A stretch of DNA of 24,000 nucleotides from an uncultured Gammaproteobacteria bacterium. GTDB taxonomy: Bacteria > Patescibacteriota > Microgenomatia > UBA8517 > UBA10165. Positions within the stretch are counted from its first letter, which is position 1, and the number at the start of each line of letters is the position of its first letter. The DNA lies in the NCBI GenBank assembly GCA_964564005.1, contig CAZLZK010000002.1:14313-38312 (forward strand). The letters run 5' to 3'. Under the pieces are notes generated by a model. That model did not search any database and was not told the origin of the DNA. It saw only the letters and a program-made list of their open reading frames with translations. This document shows, one piece after another, positions 22,792 to 24,000 of the stretch. The position numbers and the translations under genes were made by a program.

Positions 22792-24000
22792 CTATTTTCT
22801 GACAATTGTAGGGGCTACTCGACCAAGAGAAAAAACAATTTTATTAGATCCAAGAACATTCCATATATCACAAATAGTACATTTTCTGTTCGTAACTTTT
22901 CTAATATAATCTAATGTCAATTTCTTAAATGGAGAGTGATTCATTGCTATCACGACAACATCTGCTCCACGCAGCGCTTCTTCTAGAGAGAAAGAGTCTA
23001 TGTACGGGTCGTGTGGGTAGACTTCTGCACCTTCTCTAATTAAATATTGCTGCAATTTCAATGACAGAGAGTTTCTAGTATCATCAATATCTCTTTTGAA
23101 TGTAAGCCCTAGTAAGGCCACTTTTTTTTCAGACAAAGAACCTACTTCTCTTTTCAATTTTTCTATTAAAAATCCAGGAATATTTTCGTTAATTCTCCAA
23201 GCGGCCCCCACCAAATCTAGATACGGGCTTCTATCGATTAAGAAGAAACTATCTTTAACTAAACAAGCGCCTGCAGTAAGTCCGGGTGGTTTCACCCTCG
23301 CTCTTTCATAATCTTCATTTACAAATTTTAAAATATCATAAATATTGCGATTGTGGCTTTCAGCAATTAGCAGAAATTCATTGCCAATTGCGAAATCAAT
23401 ATAGCGATAGGCATTATTAAAAAGTTTTGCTAACTCAGCCGACTTTGAATCAGTAAGAAAAATCTTATCGGTGATTTTCTTAAAAATTAAACCTGCCTTT
23501 TCTTGACTTTTTGAATCATCCGCACCAATTATTTGTGGCAGCTTGTAAAGCTCTTGAATGGCATGGCCTTCTCTTATTCTCTCGGGACAGGCTGCCAGAT
23601 AAATATCTTTTCCTACTTCAAAATTCAAACTCTTTTTAATGAACCTTGCAATATATTCTGTTGTACCAACCGAGAGTGTACTCCTTAAGATAAAAAGCTG
23701 TCCCTTCCGTATCGACGATTGAAACTTCTCAAAAAAATCAGTTATCTGCGTAATGTTTGGGTTTAAGCTATCATCAATCGTTGTTCCAAGAGTTAAAATG
23801 ACTGTATCGAAATTCGGTAAAAGATTAAGTAAAGTATTTTCATGAGCAACAGTAAAACCATTGCCATAGACTTCTTTTAAAATCTTCTCTGCGCCTTCTT
23901 CAAGGAAGGGCATTTTACCATCCTTTAGAGATTGCAGACGAGTTTCATCTATGTCAACACCCACAACCTCAAATCCTTCCTTAGCTAGAACTAAAGCAAG
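22792..24000 (-). CDS. UDP-glucose/GDP-mannose dehydrogenase-family nucleotide-sugar 6-dehydrogenase, 5' end beyond the window
   Basis: The frame stays open upstream of the track GTG at 23964 to the window edge (...LALVLAKEGFEVVGVDIDETRLQSLKDGKMPFLEEG...), and the Rossmann GxGxxG is missing, so the gene is N-terminally truncated by the window. The catalytic Cys context is PGLTAGACLVKD. A C-terminal UDP-binding domain is present. Its stop abuts the next gene's ATG. Confidence 0.85.
   Translation of the reverse strand, partial: LALVLAKEGFEVVGVDIDETRLQSLKDGKMPFLEEGAEKILKEVYGNGFTVAHENTLLNLLPNFDTVILTLGTTIDDSLNPNITQITDFFEKFQSSIRKGQLFILRSTLSVGTTEYIARFIKKSLNFEVGKDIYLAACPERIREGHAIQELYKLPQIIGADDSKSQEKAGLIFKKITDKIFLTDSKSAELAKLFNNAYRYIDFAIGNEFLLIAESHNRNIYDILKFVNEDYERARVKPPGLTAGACLVKDSFFLIDRSPYLDLVGAAWRINENIPGFLIEKLKREVGSLSEKKVALLGLTFKRDIDDTRNSLSLKLQQYLIREGAEVYPHDPYIDSFSLEEALRGADVVVIAMNHSPFKKLTLDYIRKVTNRKCTICDIWNVLGSNKIVFSLGRVAPTIVRK

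Noticed and set aside
23962-23964. GTG at 23964 as the true start of the dehydrogenase
   Set aside because: The frame remains open to base 24000 with good dehydrogenase-like sequence (LALVLAKEGFEVVGVD). The NAD-binding glycine loop is missing, so the gene must start beyond the window.
1-24000. Horizontally acquired mobile island or prophage
   Set aside because: No integrase, transposase, tRNA attachment site or terminal inverted repeats are present in the window. Composition looks uniform by eye apart from the short GC-rich hairpin segment. The only repeat with a target-duplication look (ATTGTAATCT x2 at 18312-18371) is reported as a finding, not as a mobile element call.

Overview
AT-rich, very gene-dense window with 22 protein genes: 20 on the minus strand and 2 inverted. 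There are no rRNA or tRNA genes, no CRISPR array, and no transposase or integrase. Almost the whole window is one cell-surface glycan or glycosylation island. It holds four polytopic GT-C-like membrane glycosyltransferases; one is cut by the window start, one is fused to a discoidin (F5/8 type C) domain, and one to a jelly-roll CBM-like domain. It also holds four small DPM1/ArnC/GtrB-type GT2 enzymes and three DegT-family aminotransferases, each next to its own tailoring enzymes. Those three sets are: (1) a WbpB/WbpD/WbpE-like trio; (2) a UXS/ArnA-like SDR with a NeuD/PglD-like acetyltransferase; (3) a TylM1-like methyltransferase. Further genes are a TylCIII/TcaB9-like sugar C-methyltransferase, an RmlD-like reductase, a cupin, a DUF218 protein, another SAM methyltransferase, and a nucleotide-sugar dehydrogenase cut by the window end. 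No Wzx, Wzy, initiating phosphoglycosyltransferase or ABC exporter is visible. The non-coding signals are the most unusual part. A 21-bp unit occurs as a perfect tandem pair at 12361-12402, and a 21/23-identical copy lies in a second promoter region at 18339-18361. A GC-rich cluster of four stem-loops lies at 15278-15391. All functional calls come from reading motifs by eye, with no database search. The gene style suggests an uncultivated small-genome bacterium (possibly CPR/Patescibacteria), but that is a guess.
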